Under the pieces are notes generated by a model that worked only from the letters and a program-made list of their open reading frames with translations, was not told the origin of the DNA and did not search any database. A stretch of 64,000 bases of DNA from Patescibacteria group bacterium. GTDB lineage: Bacteria > Patescibacteriota > Minisyncoccia > Moranbacterales > JAKLHP01. Every line of letters begins with the position of its first letter. The stretch's first letter is position 1. The stretch is taken from the NCBI GenBank assembly GCA_043803385.1, contig JAZDKA010000034.1, positions 10,561-74,560 on the forward strand, written 5' to 3'. Below are positions 1 to 7,805 of this stretch, piece by piece. The position numbers and the translations under genes were made by a program.

Positions 1-1970
1 ATTCCCGAATTTTCTTCTTCTACTTTCTTTTCTTCCTCGGTCTTTTCCGTATATTTGCATTTGGGAAAGTTAGCGCAGGCAATGAATTTTCCAAATCTTC
101 CAAAGCGGACCAGAAGGTCTCCCCCGCACTCCGGGCATTTTTTTTCAAGTTTCTCTAAAACATTTTCTTTCTTTACTTCTTTAGTCTTTTTTTCCAAATG
201 TTCATGGAAAGGGCCATAGAATTCGCGGATTACCGGAACCCATTCTTTTTTCCCTTCAGCGATTTCATCAAACTCCGCTTCAATAATAGCAGTGAATTTG
301 ATATCCATTATCTCCGGAAAATGTTCCGATAAAAGATCGTTCACTAATAATCCGATCTCCAGGGGATACAGTTTTTTCTCTTCATTTTTATCGACATATT
401 TCCTGTCAATGATAGTTGAAATAGTGGGAGCATAAGTTGAAGGGCGTCCGATTCCGTTTTCTTCCAGCACCTTAACTAATGCCGCTTCGCTGTATCTTGG
501 CGGGGGAGTGGTTGATTTTTGCTGGGTCAAAACATCAATTAAATCCAATCCGTCTCCCATTTTCATTTTGGGAAGGATATTCTCGCTAGCAGGCTTATCT
601 CCATATATTTTTAGAAAACCATCGAATTTTATTGTTGAACCATTAGCTCGCAAAAGATAAGCCCCCACACCAATATTATTATTGTGATTGATTGAGGGTG
701 AAGAGTTATTGCTATTGGTGTGGGGGTAAATATTTTTATCCACTTTTGCTTCAATATCGGCTCGCACTGAATCCATAATAGCCGGCTGCATTTGGGAAGC
801 AACCATTCTTTTCCAGATGAGATTGTATAATTTGTATTGGCTTTCTTCTAATTTTCCTCTCAATTCTTCAGGAAGCTTTTCGGGGTATGATGGACGAATT
901 GCTTCATGAGCTTCCTGGGCTCCTTTGCTTTTAGTTTTGAAAAATCTCGGATCAGTAAGAGCGTAATTCTTTCCAAATTCTTTTTCAATTACCTTCTTGG
1001 CTTTGAGCATTGATTCCAGGGACAAATTAACGCTGTCAGTTCTCATATAGGTGATGAATCCCTGTTCGTAGAGTTTTTGGGCAGTTATCATTGTTGTCTT
1101 AGCGGAAAAACCAAGCGTATTAATTGCAATTTGTTGAAGAGTTGAAGTCGTGAAAGGCGCGGAAGGATAGCGCAAAATCTCTTTTTCCTCAATGTCGTTT
1201 ACCTTGAAAGAAGATGATTTGAGCTCGGAGGCGATTTCTTCAGCCGTTTTCTCATCGGTTAAAATAGTTTTTTTGGTCTTGTAATCGCCGGCAAAAAGCT
1301 TTAACGTTATTATTTGTTCGACTTTTTCTCCATTTTTTTCGATTAAATTTGAATCGAATTCAGCATTGTCCTTTTTAAGCCTGGCTGAAATTGTCCAGAA
1401 TTCTTCTTTCTTGAATTTTTCAATTTCGCGCTCTCTTTCCACTATCAATCTCAAGGCTACCGATTGCACCCGTCCGGCAGAAAGCCCCCTTTTTATTTTT
1501 TTCCAGAGGAAGGGAGAAAGTTCATATCCGACCAATCTGTCCAGAATTCTTCTTGCTTGCTGGGCATTTACCAGATTTATGTCCAACTCCCTCGGTCTTT
1601 CAAGTGCTTTTTCAATAGCAGTCTTAGTAATCTCATGGAATGCTATTCTCTCGTATTTTTTTCCATTTTTCTTATTAAGCCCGAGCGCTTCAAGCAAGTG
1701 CCAAGCAATTGCTTCTCCTTCCCGATCTTCATCAGTCGCAAGAATTATTTCACTGGCATCTTCAGCCGCACCCTTAAGAATAGCCACTTTATCCTTGGCT
1801 TTTTTAGGAATGATATATTTAGGAGTAAAATCATTTTCAATATCTACTCCCATGGTGCTAGTCGGGAGATCCCTAACGTGGCCATAGGATGATTTCACAA
1901 CATATTCCTTGCCTAAGAATTTAGAAATAGTTCTGGCTTTAGTCGGAGACTCGACGATGATTAATTTCAT
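1..1970 (-). CDS. topA: DNA topoisomerase I (partial; C-terminal end runs past window start, start codon at 1968-1970)
   Basis: Reverse translation gives the Toprim N-terminus MKLIIVESPTKARTISKFLGKEYVVKSSYGHVRDLP. Mid-gene it gives GIGRPSTYA, and near position 1 the zinc-ribbon CPECGG...CANFPKC. The reading frame is continuous across 1-1970. Confidence 0.85.
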   Translation of the reverse strand, partial: MKLIIVESPTKARTISKFLGKEYVVKSSYGHVRDLPTSTMGVDIENDFTPKYIIPKKAKDKVAILKGAAEDASEIILATDEDREGEAIAWHLLEALGLNKKNGKKYERIAFHEITKTAIEKALERPRELDINLVNAQQARRILDRLVGYELSPFLWKKIKRGLSAGRVQSVALRLIVEREREIEKFKKEEFWTISARLKKDNAEFDSNLIEKNGEKVEQIITLKLFAGDYKTKKTILTDEKTAEEIASELKSSSFKVNDIEEKEILRYPSAPFTTSTLQQIAINTLGFSAKTTMITAQKLYEQGFITYMRTDSVNLSLESMLKAKKVIEKEFGKNYALTDPRFFKTKSKGAQEAHEAIRPSYPEKLPEELRGKLEESQYKLYNLIWKRMVASQMQPAIMDSVRADIEAKVDKNIYPHTNSNNSSPSINHNNNIGVGAYLLRANGSTIKFDGFLKIYGDKPASENILPKMKMGDGLDLIDVLTQQKSTTPPPRYSEAALVKVLEENGIGRPSTYAPTISTIIDRKYVDKNEEKKLYPLEIGLLVNDLLSEHFPEIMDIKFTAIIEAEFDEIAEGKKEWVPVIREFYGPFHEHLEKKTKEVKKENVLEKLEKKCPECGGDLLVRFGRFGKFIACANFPKCKYTEKTEEEKKVEEENSG
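662..726. repeat. Perfect 13-bp inverted repeat (cccccacaccaat / attggtgtggggg) with a 39-bp spacer, inside the topA coding sequence
   Basis: Read directly from the sequence. It encodes an in-frame low-complexity insert, PHTNSNNSSPSINHNNNIGVG. Confidence 0.6.
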
Positions 1971-2064
1971 ATTGCGGGATTGAACGATTAACGGATTAAC
2001 GTATTAAAGAATTGTTTTTCAATTCGTTAATTCTTTAATTCGCCAATGCTTTAATTTAATAATT

Positions 2065-3150
2065 TTATAGTATTATATAATTTTGCCCTCCAATATCTTT
2101 CACCATCCCTTTCATTTCCATCATAACCAGCGCGGAGCTTAAAGTTGCTGTTTTAAGTTTAGTTATTTTAAGCAGCTTGTCAATGTGAATAGGTTCATTT
2201 CCCAAATTTTTTAGGATAATTTCTTCTTCCGGAGAATCGGGGATTATTTCTCTGGCTTTTTCTATTCCAGCCCTTTTTTCCAGTCGAAGCTCTTCTAAAA
2301 TATCCTGAACGCCGGAAACCAATTTTGCGCCTTTTTTGATTAGCTTATTTGTCCCTTGCGAACTTTCGGAAAATATTGGTCCGGGAACGGAAAATACTTC
2401 CCGATTAAATTCCAAAGCCAAATTGGCGGTTATCAAACTTCCGCTGTCAAGCTGGGCTTCAATTACTAAAGTTCCAAGAGTAAGACCGGCCATGAGTCTA
2501 TTGCGAGCAGGAAAATTTCCCGGAATCGATTGGACTCCCAACGGGAAATCACTTAAAAGCGCGCCACTGTCAATTATTTTTTTGGAAAGCTGAAAGTTGG
2601 CGCGCGGTCCGATATTATTGTCTTCCAAGCTGCTTCCAAGTACAGCAATTGTTTTTCCCTTGGCTTCAAGCGCTCCAATATGCGCTTCAGCGTCAACTCC
2701 CAACGCCATTCCACTCACCACGGTTATTCCGGCCATCACTAAATCTCTGGCAAAACTATAGGCGGCTTGTTTCCCATAGCTGGTCATTTTTCTCGATCCG
2801 ACAATAGCTATGGCGGGATTTTTAAATAACTCCGTGATTTCCAAACTACTCTTTATATATAATATGTAGGGGGCGCTGGGTATTTCACGAAGAAGCGGAG
2901 GATAATCAGGATTTTGAAAATCAATTGCTTTAATATTTTCTTTGGCGAGCTTTTCCATTTCTTCTTCTGGATTTATTTTCTCTCTTTCGGATATTATTTT
3001 ATTCAATAGGCTTTCTCCAATCCCGCTTTGGATAAGTTCCTTGCAATTTGCTTTCCAAATGCTTTCAGAAGAATCGAAAAAATCTAAAAGCATTTTCATC
3101 TTCTGGGGGCCAAGTCCCTGGATTTTGTTGAGAGCATTAAGATATTTCAT
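2065..3150 (-). CDS. dprA: DNA processing protein DprA (Smf)
   Basis: Motifs GSRKMTSYGKQ and VVSGMALGVDAEAHIGAL (Rossmann-like DprA core) plus a C-terminal winged-helix region. Lies next to topA, which is a conserved gene pair. Confidence 0.85.
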   Translation of the reverse strand: MKYLNALNKIQGLGPQKMKMLLDFFDSSESIWKANCKELIQSGIGESLLNKIISEREKINPEEEMEKLAKENIKAIDFQNPDYPPLLREIPSAPYILYIKSSLEITELFKNPAIAIVGSRKMTSYGKQAAYSFARDLVMAGITVVSGMALGVDAEAHIGALEAKGKTIAVLGSSLEDNNIGPRANFQLSKKIIDSGALLSDFPLGVQSIPGNFPARNRLMAGLTLGTLVIEAQLDSGSLITANLALEFNREVFSVPGPIFSESSQGTNKLIKKGAKLVSGVQDILEELRLEKRAGIEKAREIIPDSPEEEIILKNLGNEPIHIDKLLKITKLKTATLSSALVMMEMKGMVKDIGGQNYIIL

Positions 3151-3184
3151 AATACTCCTTTGAATATACCAGGATTTTCATTGC

Positions 3185-3213
3185 TTGACAAAAGACAAAT
3201 AGTTTGCTATATT
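3185..3213 (+). promoter_or_regulatory. Sigma70-like promoter (ttgaca, 17 bp spacer, tatatt)
   Basis: Exact -35 ttgaca at 3185-3190 and -10 tatatt at 3208-3213. A leader of about 200 nt follows before the ORF at 3429. Confidence 0.45.
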
Positions 3214-3377
3214 AGACCGTTATAGTAGTTATTTAAAAAGATACAAAAAGTGCCTACTTTTGGCATTTTGAAGACTAAATGGTTTTCGGTATTTCGCCCG
3301 CAGATCTGAAGCGGCGATCCTCCTTACGTCCGTTAGGTGAAATATATCTGATCTTGAAATTTCAAGAGAAGATATTA

Positions 3378-3401
3378 CTGCAGGCGAAATTCCGGAAATC
3401 A
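3378..3401. repeat. Direct repeat copy 1 (ctgcaggcgaaattccggaaatca)
   Basis: Matches 3809-3832 at 21 of 24 positions. The two copies bracket ORF 3429-3785. Confidence 0.6.
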
Positions 3402-3428
3402 ATTTTTTTAAAATAAAGGGAGGATAAG

Positions 3429-3785
3429 ATGGAAAAATATTACAGATGGGCTGAAGATGCGTTAGGGGTTTTGCTGGGGATAGTGTTATTTTTATTGGCT
3501 ACTGTAGTCTATTCTGATATAAAAGAGGGGACTTCCTTCACATTTATGGGGCTAGCTGTGATTTTTATGTTCTTTGTTGTCAGCGTAGCCTCTATTCTTC
3601 TCGGCAAGTATGTTTATCAATCCAGGGAAAACGAAAAAGCAATCGTGCTAGGCAAGGAAATTTATGAGGAAATAGAAAAAAATACTCCGAAGTCAGGCAT
3701 CGCTCAAAAAGTAATCGTAGAAATGAGAGTGGTGGCAGATACGAAGTATGGGCAGATAAAGAAATTGAGGTGGGGAAAAATATAG
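3429..3785 (+). CDS. Hypothetical membrane protein (two N-terminal TM helices)
   Basis: Clean ORF with an RBS (aagggaggataag before ATG) and hydrophobic helices at the N-terminus. Confidence 0.55.
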   Translation: MEKYYRWAEDALGVLLGIVLFLLATVVYSDIKEGTSFTFMGLAVIFMFFVVSVASILLGKYVYQSRENEKAIVLGKEIYEEIEKNTPKSGIAQKVIVEMRVVADTKYGQIKKLRWGKI

Positions 3786-3808
3786 AATTCATACAGAGGA
3801 AAATACTA

Positions 3809-3832
3809 CTGCAGACTAAATTCCGGAAATCA
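3809..3832. repeat. Direct repeat copy 2 (ctgcagactaaattccggaaatca)
   Basis: Partner of the 3378-3401 copy. Confidence 0.6.
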
Positions 3833-4040
3833 TTTTATATTATTGGAGGTGGCATAAGTTTAATACCTAACACAACAAGGGAGGTGGGAGAAGAAAGAGA
3901 ATAAGGATGAAGTATGGGAGAAGATTTGCGTCGTCGCATTGCAATAATTGCAATAAATGCGATGGCAAAAACCTTCTCCTGTTTTTTATTTTCCAAATCG
4001 CTTCTTTTTCTAAAGATTCTTATTTTTCATTTAATTTCAG

Positions 4041-4076
4041 TATAACATTTTTCTTCGATCGCGGAAATGTGTTATA
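4041..4076. repeat. 36-bp imperfect palindrome, copy 1 (tataacatttttcttcgatcgcggaaatgtgttata)
   Basis: Inverted termini tataaca / tgttata around a cgatcg core. A second copy at 4742-4777 differs by 2 mismatches. Confidence 0.7.
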
Positions 4077-4100
4077 CTATTTGCATGAGTTAATTTTTCA

Positions 4101-4406
4101 TTGTATCCGTCCTATCTTATGAATAAAAATAAAAATTTAAAAGTAAAAAGCGGAAGATTTATTGCGGAAAAAATAATTAAAAATTCTATAAGTGCTTCAG
4201 CCTGGGCATTTTCTATGCTTATTGATTTGGGAGAATTGACCATTGAATCTTTTCTTAATCCTTCATACTATGCCGACTTTCCAAATACTTCGGCAATGCT
4301 ATTTACGGAATCAAAATCTTCCAAAAAGAAGAAAGTAAAATTTAGCGAACCGGCGATAAGGCAAAGTATCTGGAGATTGAAAAAACTGGGATTTGTGGAA
4401 AAGTAA
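4101..4406 (+). CDS. N-terminal fragment of a winged-helix (PaaX-like) regulator, upstream of an apparent frameshift
   Basis: The ORF ends ...IRQSIWRLKKLGFVEK. The wing continues in a different frame as GRFTLSLVGK (see ORF 4393-4719). Confidence 0.45.
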   Translation: MYPSYLMNKNKNLKVKSGRFIAEKIIKNSISASAWAFSMLIDLGELTIESFLNPSYYADFPNTSAMLFTESKSSKKKKVKFSEPAIRQSIWRLKKLGFVEK

Positions 4407-4719
4407 AGAAGGGAGATTCACACTTTCATTGGTTGGAAAGATTTTAGCTAAATATATAATCAGCCGAAAAAAAGTTCTAAACAAAAAATGGGATGGGAAA
4501 TATAGGGTGGTTATTTTTGATATTCCTGAAGAAAAGAGGAAAATCAGGGACTGGCTAAGAGGGGAGCTGGACTTACTGGATTATAAAAAACTTCAAAAAA
4601 GTGTTTTTATAAGTAAATTTTCGCTGACTAGTGATTTGATAAAAGAAATAAAAAACAAAAAAATAGGTAGCTATGTAAATTATCTACTAGTTGATAAAGT
4701 ATACAAAAATATTATTTAG
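4393..4719 (+). CDS. C-terminal part of the same regulator, carrying a Cas2-like domain
   Basis: YRVVIFDIPEEKRKIRDWLRGELDLLDYKKLQKSVF matches the Cas2 N-terminal pattern hhhhFDhP..eRk..r..L...G....Q.SV[FY]. It overlaps the upstream ORF in another frame, and the track gives it a TTG start. Confidence 0.45.
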   Translation: MWKSKEGRFTLSLVGKILAKYIISRKKVLNKKWDGKYRVVIFDIPEEKRKIRDWLRGELDLLDYKKLQKSVFISKFSLTSDLIKEIKNKKIGSYVNYLLVDKVYKNII

Positions 4720-4741
4720 ATTATGCAACGTAATTTATTGC

Positions 4742-4777
4742 TATAACACTTTTCTTCGATCGCGTAAATGTGTTATA
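4742..4777. repeat. 36-bp imperfect palindrome, copy 2; overlaps the pth stop codon
   Basis: tataacacttttcttcgatcgcgtaaatgtgttata. The pth stop (tta on the plus strand, 4773-4775) lies in the right arm. Confidence 0.7.
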
Positions 4778-5300
4778 AAATTATTTTTATTTTTTTCGCC
4801 AGATTTTTTATTGTTTCCAATTCTTCTTCTGAAAAATCTTGAAGTACAAAAACATCGCCGGGAATCACTCGGTTTTTTCTTTGCTCTATTCCTTCAATTC
4901 CGATTCGAGTTCTTTTGAAATTTCGAGTTCCGAGTTTATCGATGATGTCTTGCACGCCATTATGTCCGGCTGGTCCCGAATCGTTTGAGATTTTAAATTC
5001 GCCTAAGTTTATATCCAGGTCATCATGGATGACAGTAATATCTTCCGGAACCAGTTTGCAGAAATTGATTATTTTCCGGACTGCTTCACCGGATTCATTC
5101 ATAAAGGTTTGTGGTTTGGTTAAAATAATTTTATCGTTCTCAAAATTTCCTTCGGAGATATCCGCGTTGAATTTTTTGGAAAATTCAAAATCAGGAAAGT
5201 TCCATTCTCTCTTAAGCTCATCAAGAATTATAAAACCGGCATTGTGGCGATTGTTTTTATATTTTTCTCCGGGATTTCCGAGTCCGATTATTATCTTCAT
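4773..5300 (-). CDS. pth: Peptidyl-tRNA hydrolase
   Basis: MKIIIGLGNPGEKYKNNRHNAGF and the HDDLDI motif. The start was moved to the internal Met because the ORF's upstream extension is encoded by gaacat tandem repeats. Confidence 0.85.
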   Translation of the reverse strand: MKIIIGLGNPGEKYKNNRHNAGFIILDELKREWNFPDFEFSKKFNADISEGNFENDKIILTKPQTFMNESGEAVRKIINFCKLVPEDITVIHDDLDINLGEFKISNDSGPAGHNGVQDIIDKLGTRNFKRTRIGIEGIEQRKNRVIPGDVFVLQDFSEEELETIKNLAKKIKIIL

Positions 5301-5367
5301 GGAACATTGAACATAGAACATGGAACAAAATAGCCGTTTCATGTTTTATGCTATGTGTTATATGGTT

Positions 5368-6939
5368 TTATTTTTTTATTAAATCAAAATATTCCTGTTT
5401 TTCTTCCGCGTTCTTGAACTCTTCAATGTTTCCTTCCTCGAAAGATTCAATGTTCCCAAGATCACTTCCTAAAATTAGCACCAAATCACTCTCGCTTTCT
5501 ATTATATCACGATAATTATTATTCAGCTTTGCGTCCAATTTTTTGACAATTTCATCAAGCGTAAATAATTTTTGTCCCCGAGTATTATCATACACCGTAG
5601 TTTTCTCTGAAATTTTGTTGTTTACCGAAGATTCTATTGAAACGTTTTTAATCCCCATTTTATCATTGAGCAATTCTTTTATTTTTTGCGGCAAATTGGG
5701 ATATCCGCTTTGGTTGGCAATTATTATGCTAGCATTTTCTTTTTCTATTTCCGCTTTTCTCCGTCGAATGCTATCTAAGTCAAAAATATTTTCAAAAATA
5801 TCCTGAATCTCGCTGTAATTTCCAACTCTTGGGACAAGGACAAAAGCCTGAACGCCTCCTGCGAATACGTGGGAAACCTTGAGGACGCTGTCCTTCTCCC
5901 AGGCATCAATTACCGCATTAGCAATGTTTTGAGTATCGAGCTCTTTGCTTAGGTTGAGAAAGCTTTCAATGTCGTCTATTTTTATGTCAGTTTTGATATT
6001 GTCTCCAAGATCTGTGAGTAAACTGTTAAGCCTCAAGGGATTTATAAAAATTTTGAGCGAAAAAATTTTATTTTTAGCCGATTGCATGACTTGCTGCTGC
6101 CTCTTAGCTCTTCCGAAATCTCCTTCCGGATCATCGTGCCTTTCGCGGACGTACTTAAGTGCCGTATCGCCATTCATAAGATAGGTTCCTTTTTTAATTT
6201 CGAAAGTCTCATAGCTGTAATTCGGTCCCGGATATCTCGGATCGTAGATATCTCTTTCTACGGAAACATTTATTCCTCCGATGTCGTCAATTATTTTTTT
6301 GAATCCGTCAAAGTCCAAAATGACGAAATAATTAACAGGAGCTCCAATTATATCTTCAATGGTTTTTCTGATTGGCTGGACGCTTTCATTGCGGTTTATT
6401 CCGTATTGGTAGATGGAATTTATTTTTGTATAATATGAAGTTTCGGGAATATTAGCGTAGAAATCTCGAGGAAGCGAAAAAAGGGAATTTTTTTTGTTTT
6501 TTGTATCAATACTCATTACCATTATCGTATCAGTAAGATTTTGTCCGGGTTTTCCTTTACCGGCGGTGCCGAGAAGCAAAATATTTATTCTTCCGTTTTC
6601 TTCTCCTCTTAATGGCTTTCTTTTGTCAGGAATAAAAGATGAGATTAGTGAACTCACATTTCCAATCACAGAGCTTTTTTCATTTTCAATTCCTATTTTT
6701 TTTCCAACGAACCCGATTTTGAAAGCGAAATATCCTCCCCAAGCAATTGCCAGAATTAACACGGCAAAAATAATTATCTTTGCTATTTTTTTCAAAAAAG
6801 CCCGAGCAGGCTTTTTTTCTTTAGCCTCTTTCACAAGCTCTCTTTCCTTCAGATAAATATCCCGGTTATTGTTGATAAATGATTCATAAGAAGAATAAGG
6901 ATTCTCCGATTCCTTTTTTCTGATTTTTGTTATATCCAT
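5368..6939 (-). CDS. LytR-CpsA-Psr (LCP) family cell-envelope phosphotransferase
   Basis: N-terminal TM helix, then ILLLGTAGKGKPGQNLTDTIMVMSIDTKNKKNSLFSLPRDFYANIPE and the LCP core, plus a C-terminal LytR_C-like region. Confidence 0.8.
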   Translation of the reverse strand: MDITKIRKKESENPYSSYESFINNNRDIYLKERELVKEAKEKKPARAFLKKIAKIIIFAVLILAIAWGGYFAFKIGFVGKKIGIENEKSSVIGNVSSLISSFIPDKRKPLRGEENGRINILLLGTAGKGKPGQNLTDTIMVMSIDTKNKKNSLFSLPRDFYANIPETSYYTKINSIYQYGINRNESVQPIRKTIEDIIGAPVNYFVILDFDGFKKIIDDIGGINVSVERDIYDPRYPGPNYSYETFEIKKGTYLMNGDTALKYVRERHDDPEGDFGRAKRQQQVMQSAKNKIFSLKIFINPLRLNSLLTDLGDNIKTDIKIDDIESFLNLSKELDTQNIANAVIDAWEKDSVLKVSHVFAGGVQAFVLVPRVGNYSEIQDIFENIFDLDSIRRRKAEIEKENASIIIANQSGYPNLPQKIKELLNDKMGIKNVSIESSVNNKISEKTTVYDNTRGQKLFTLDEIVKKLDAKLNNNYRDIIESESDLVLILGSDLGNIESFEEGNIEEFKNAEEKQEYFDLIKK

Positions 6940-7026
6940 ATCCCTATGTTAGCCTACTTTATGGGACACTTGCAAGAGCCGAAAATTTGTGCTACAATGC
7001 TTTTGTTTGCTAGTATTTTTGCATAA

Positions 7027-7665
7027 ATGGAAGAAAAAAATCCCGAAAAAAGCAATGTTTTTCAAGGAAAGAAAGAATCTTACCTGGGAGTGGGGAATTT
7101 TCTGCTGGAAATTGTCAAAGTATTCATTCTCGCTTTTGTGATAATTGTGCCGATAAGAGTCTTTCTTTTCCAGCCGTTTTTTGTCCAAGGAGCCAGCATG
7201 GAGCCGAATTTTGAAGATGGACAATACCTGATTATCAATGAATTAGGATATAAGGAGACAAGCATAGGAATTGCCGGCAAGCAGTTATTTGCAATGAGCT
7301 CATTTAAAGAGCTGAAAAGAGGCGATGTAGTGGTTTTTAGATATCCCAAGGATCCCAAGCAATTTTTCATAAAGAGAATTGTTGCTCTTCCCGGAGAGAA
7401 AATGAAAATAAGCGAGGGAAAGGTTTTTATTTTCAACAAGGAAAATCCGGAGGGATTTGTTTTGGATGAAAGTATGTATTTATCCGGAAATGCTAAGACC
7501 TCCGGAGATTTGACGGAACAGCTTAGTGAAGACCAGTACTTTGTAATGGGAGATAACCGTTCATATAGCCATGATTCGAGAGCTTTCGGTCCCATAGGAA
7601 AAGAATTTATTGTCGGAAGGGTTTTGGTTAGAGCTTGGCCGTTCGATAAAGCGGAAGTATATTAA
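7027..7665 (+). CDS. lepB: Signal peptidase I
   Basis: The catalytic Ser box GASMEPNF, the Lys box RGDVVVFRYPKDPKQFFIKRIVALPGE, and GDNRSYSHDSR. Confidence 0.85.
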   Translation: MEEKNPEKSNVFQGKKESYLGVGNFLLEIVKVFILAFVIIVPIRVFLFQPFFVQGASMEPNFEDGQYLIINELGYKETSIGIAGKQLFAMSSFKELKRGDVVVFRYPKDPKQFFIKRIVALPGEKMKISEGKVFIFNKENPEGFVLDESMYLSGNAKTSGDLTEQLSEDQYFVMGDNRSYSHDSRAFGPIGKEFIVGRVLVRAWPFDKAEVY

Positions 7666-7805
7666 AAATTTCTAATTCACCTAATTTCTAATTTCTAATC
7701 AATTTATAATGACAAAATATCTAATGTCCAAAATTTTATTCAGTTGGACAATTGGGGTTTGATTAGGTCAATTAGGTCAATTAGAAATTAATAAAATTTA
7801 TTTTT

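Noticed and set aside
1366-1892. Plus-strand ORFs 1366-1887 and 1464-1892
   Set aside because: They lie antisense within topA, whose minus-strand frame is continuous and carries diagnostic TopA motifs.
3907-4122. ORF 3907-4122 (71 aa)
   Set aside because: Low-complexity, with no RBS. The region looks like non-coding leader or terminator sequence containing the palindrome.
4041-4777. CRISPR array (repeated 36-bp elements) plus a Cas2-like gene
   Set aside because: There are only two copies, about 660 bp apart. Each is itself palindromic, and they flank a gene rather than spacers. No cas1 or other cas genes are present, so the Cas2-like domain is read as part of a wHTH regulator.
5301-5342. 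Upstream extension of pth to the first Met of the ORF (MKRLFCSMFYVQCS)
   Set aside because: The extension is translated from gaacat tandem repeats. The canonical Pth N-terminus MKIIIGLGNPG begins at the internal Met (5300).
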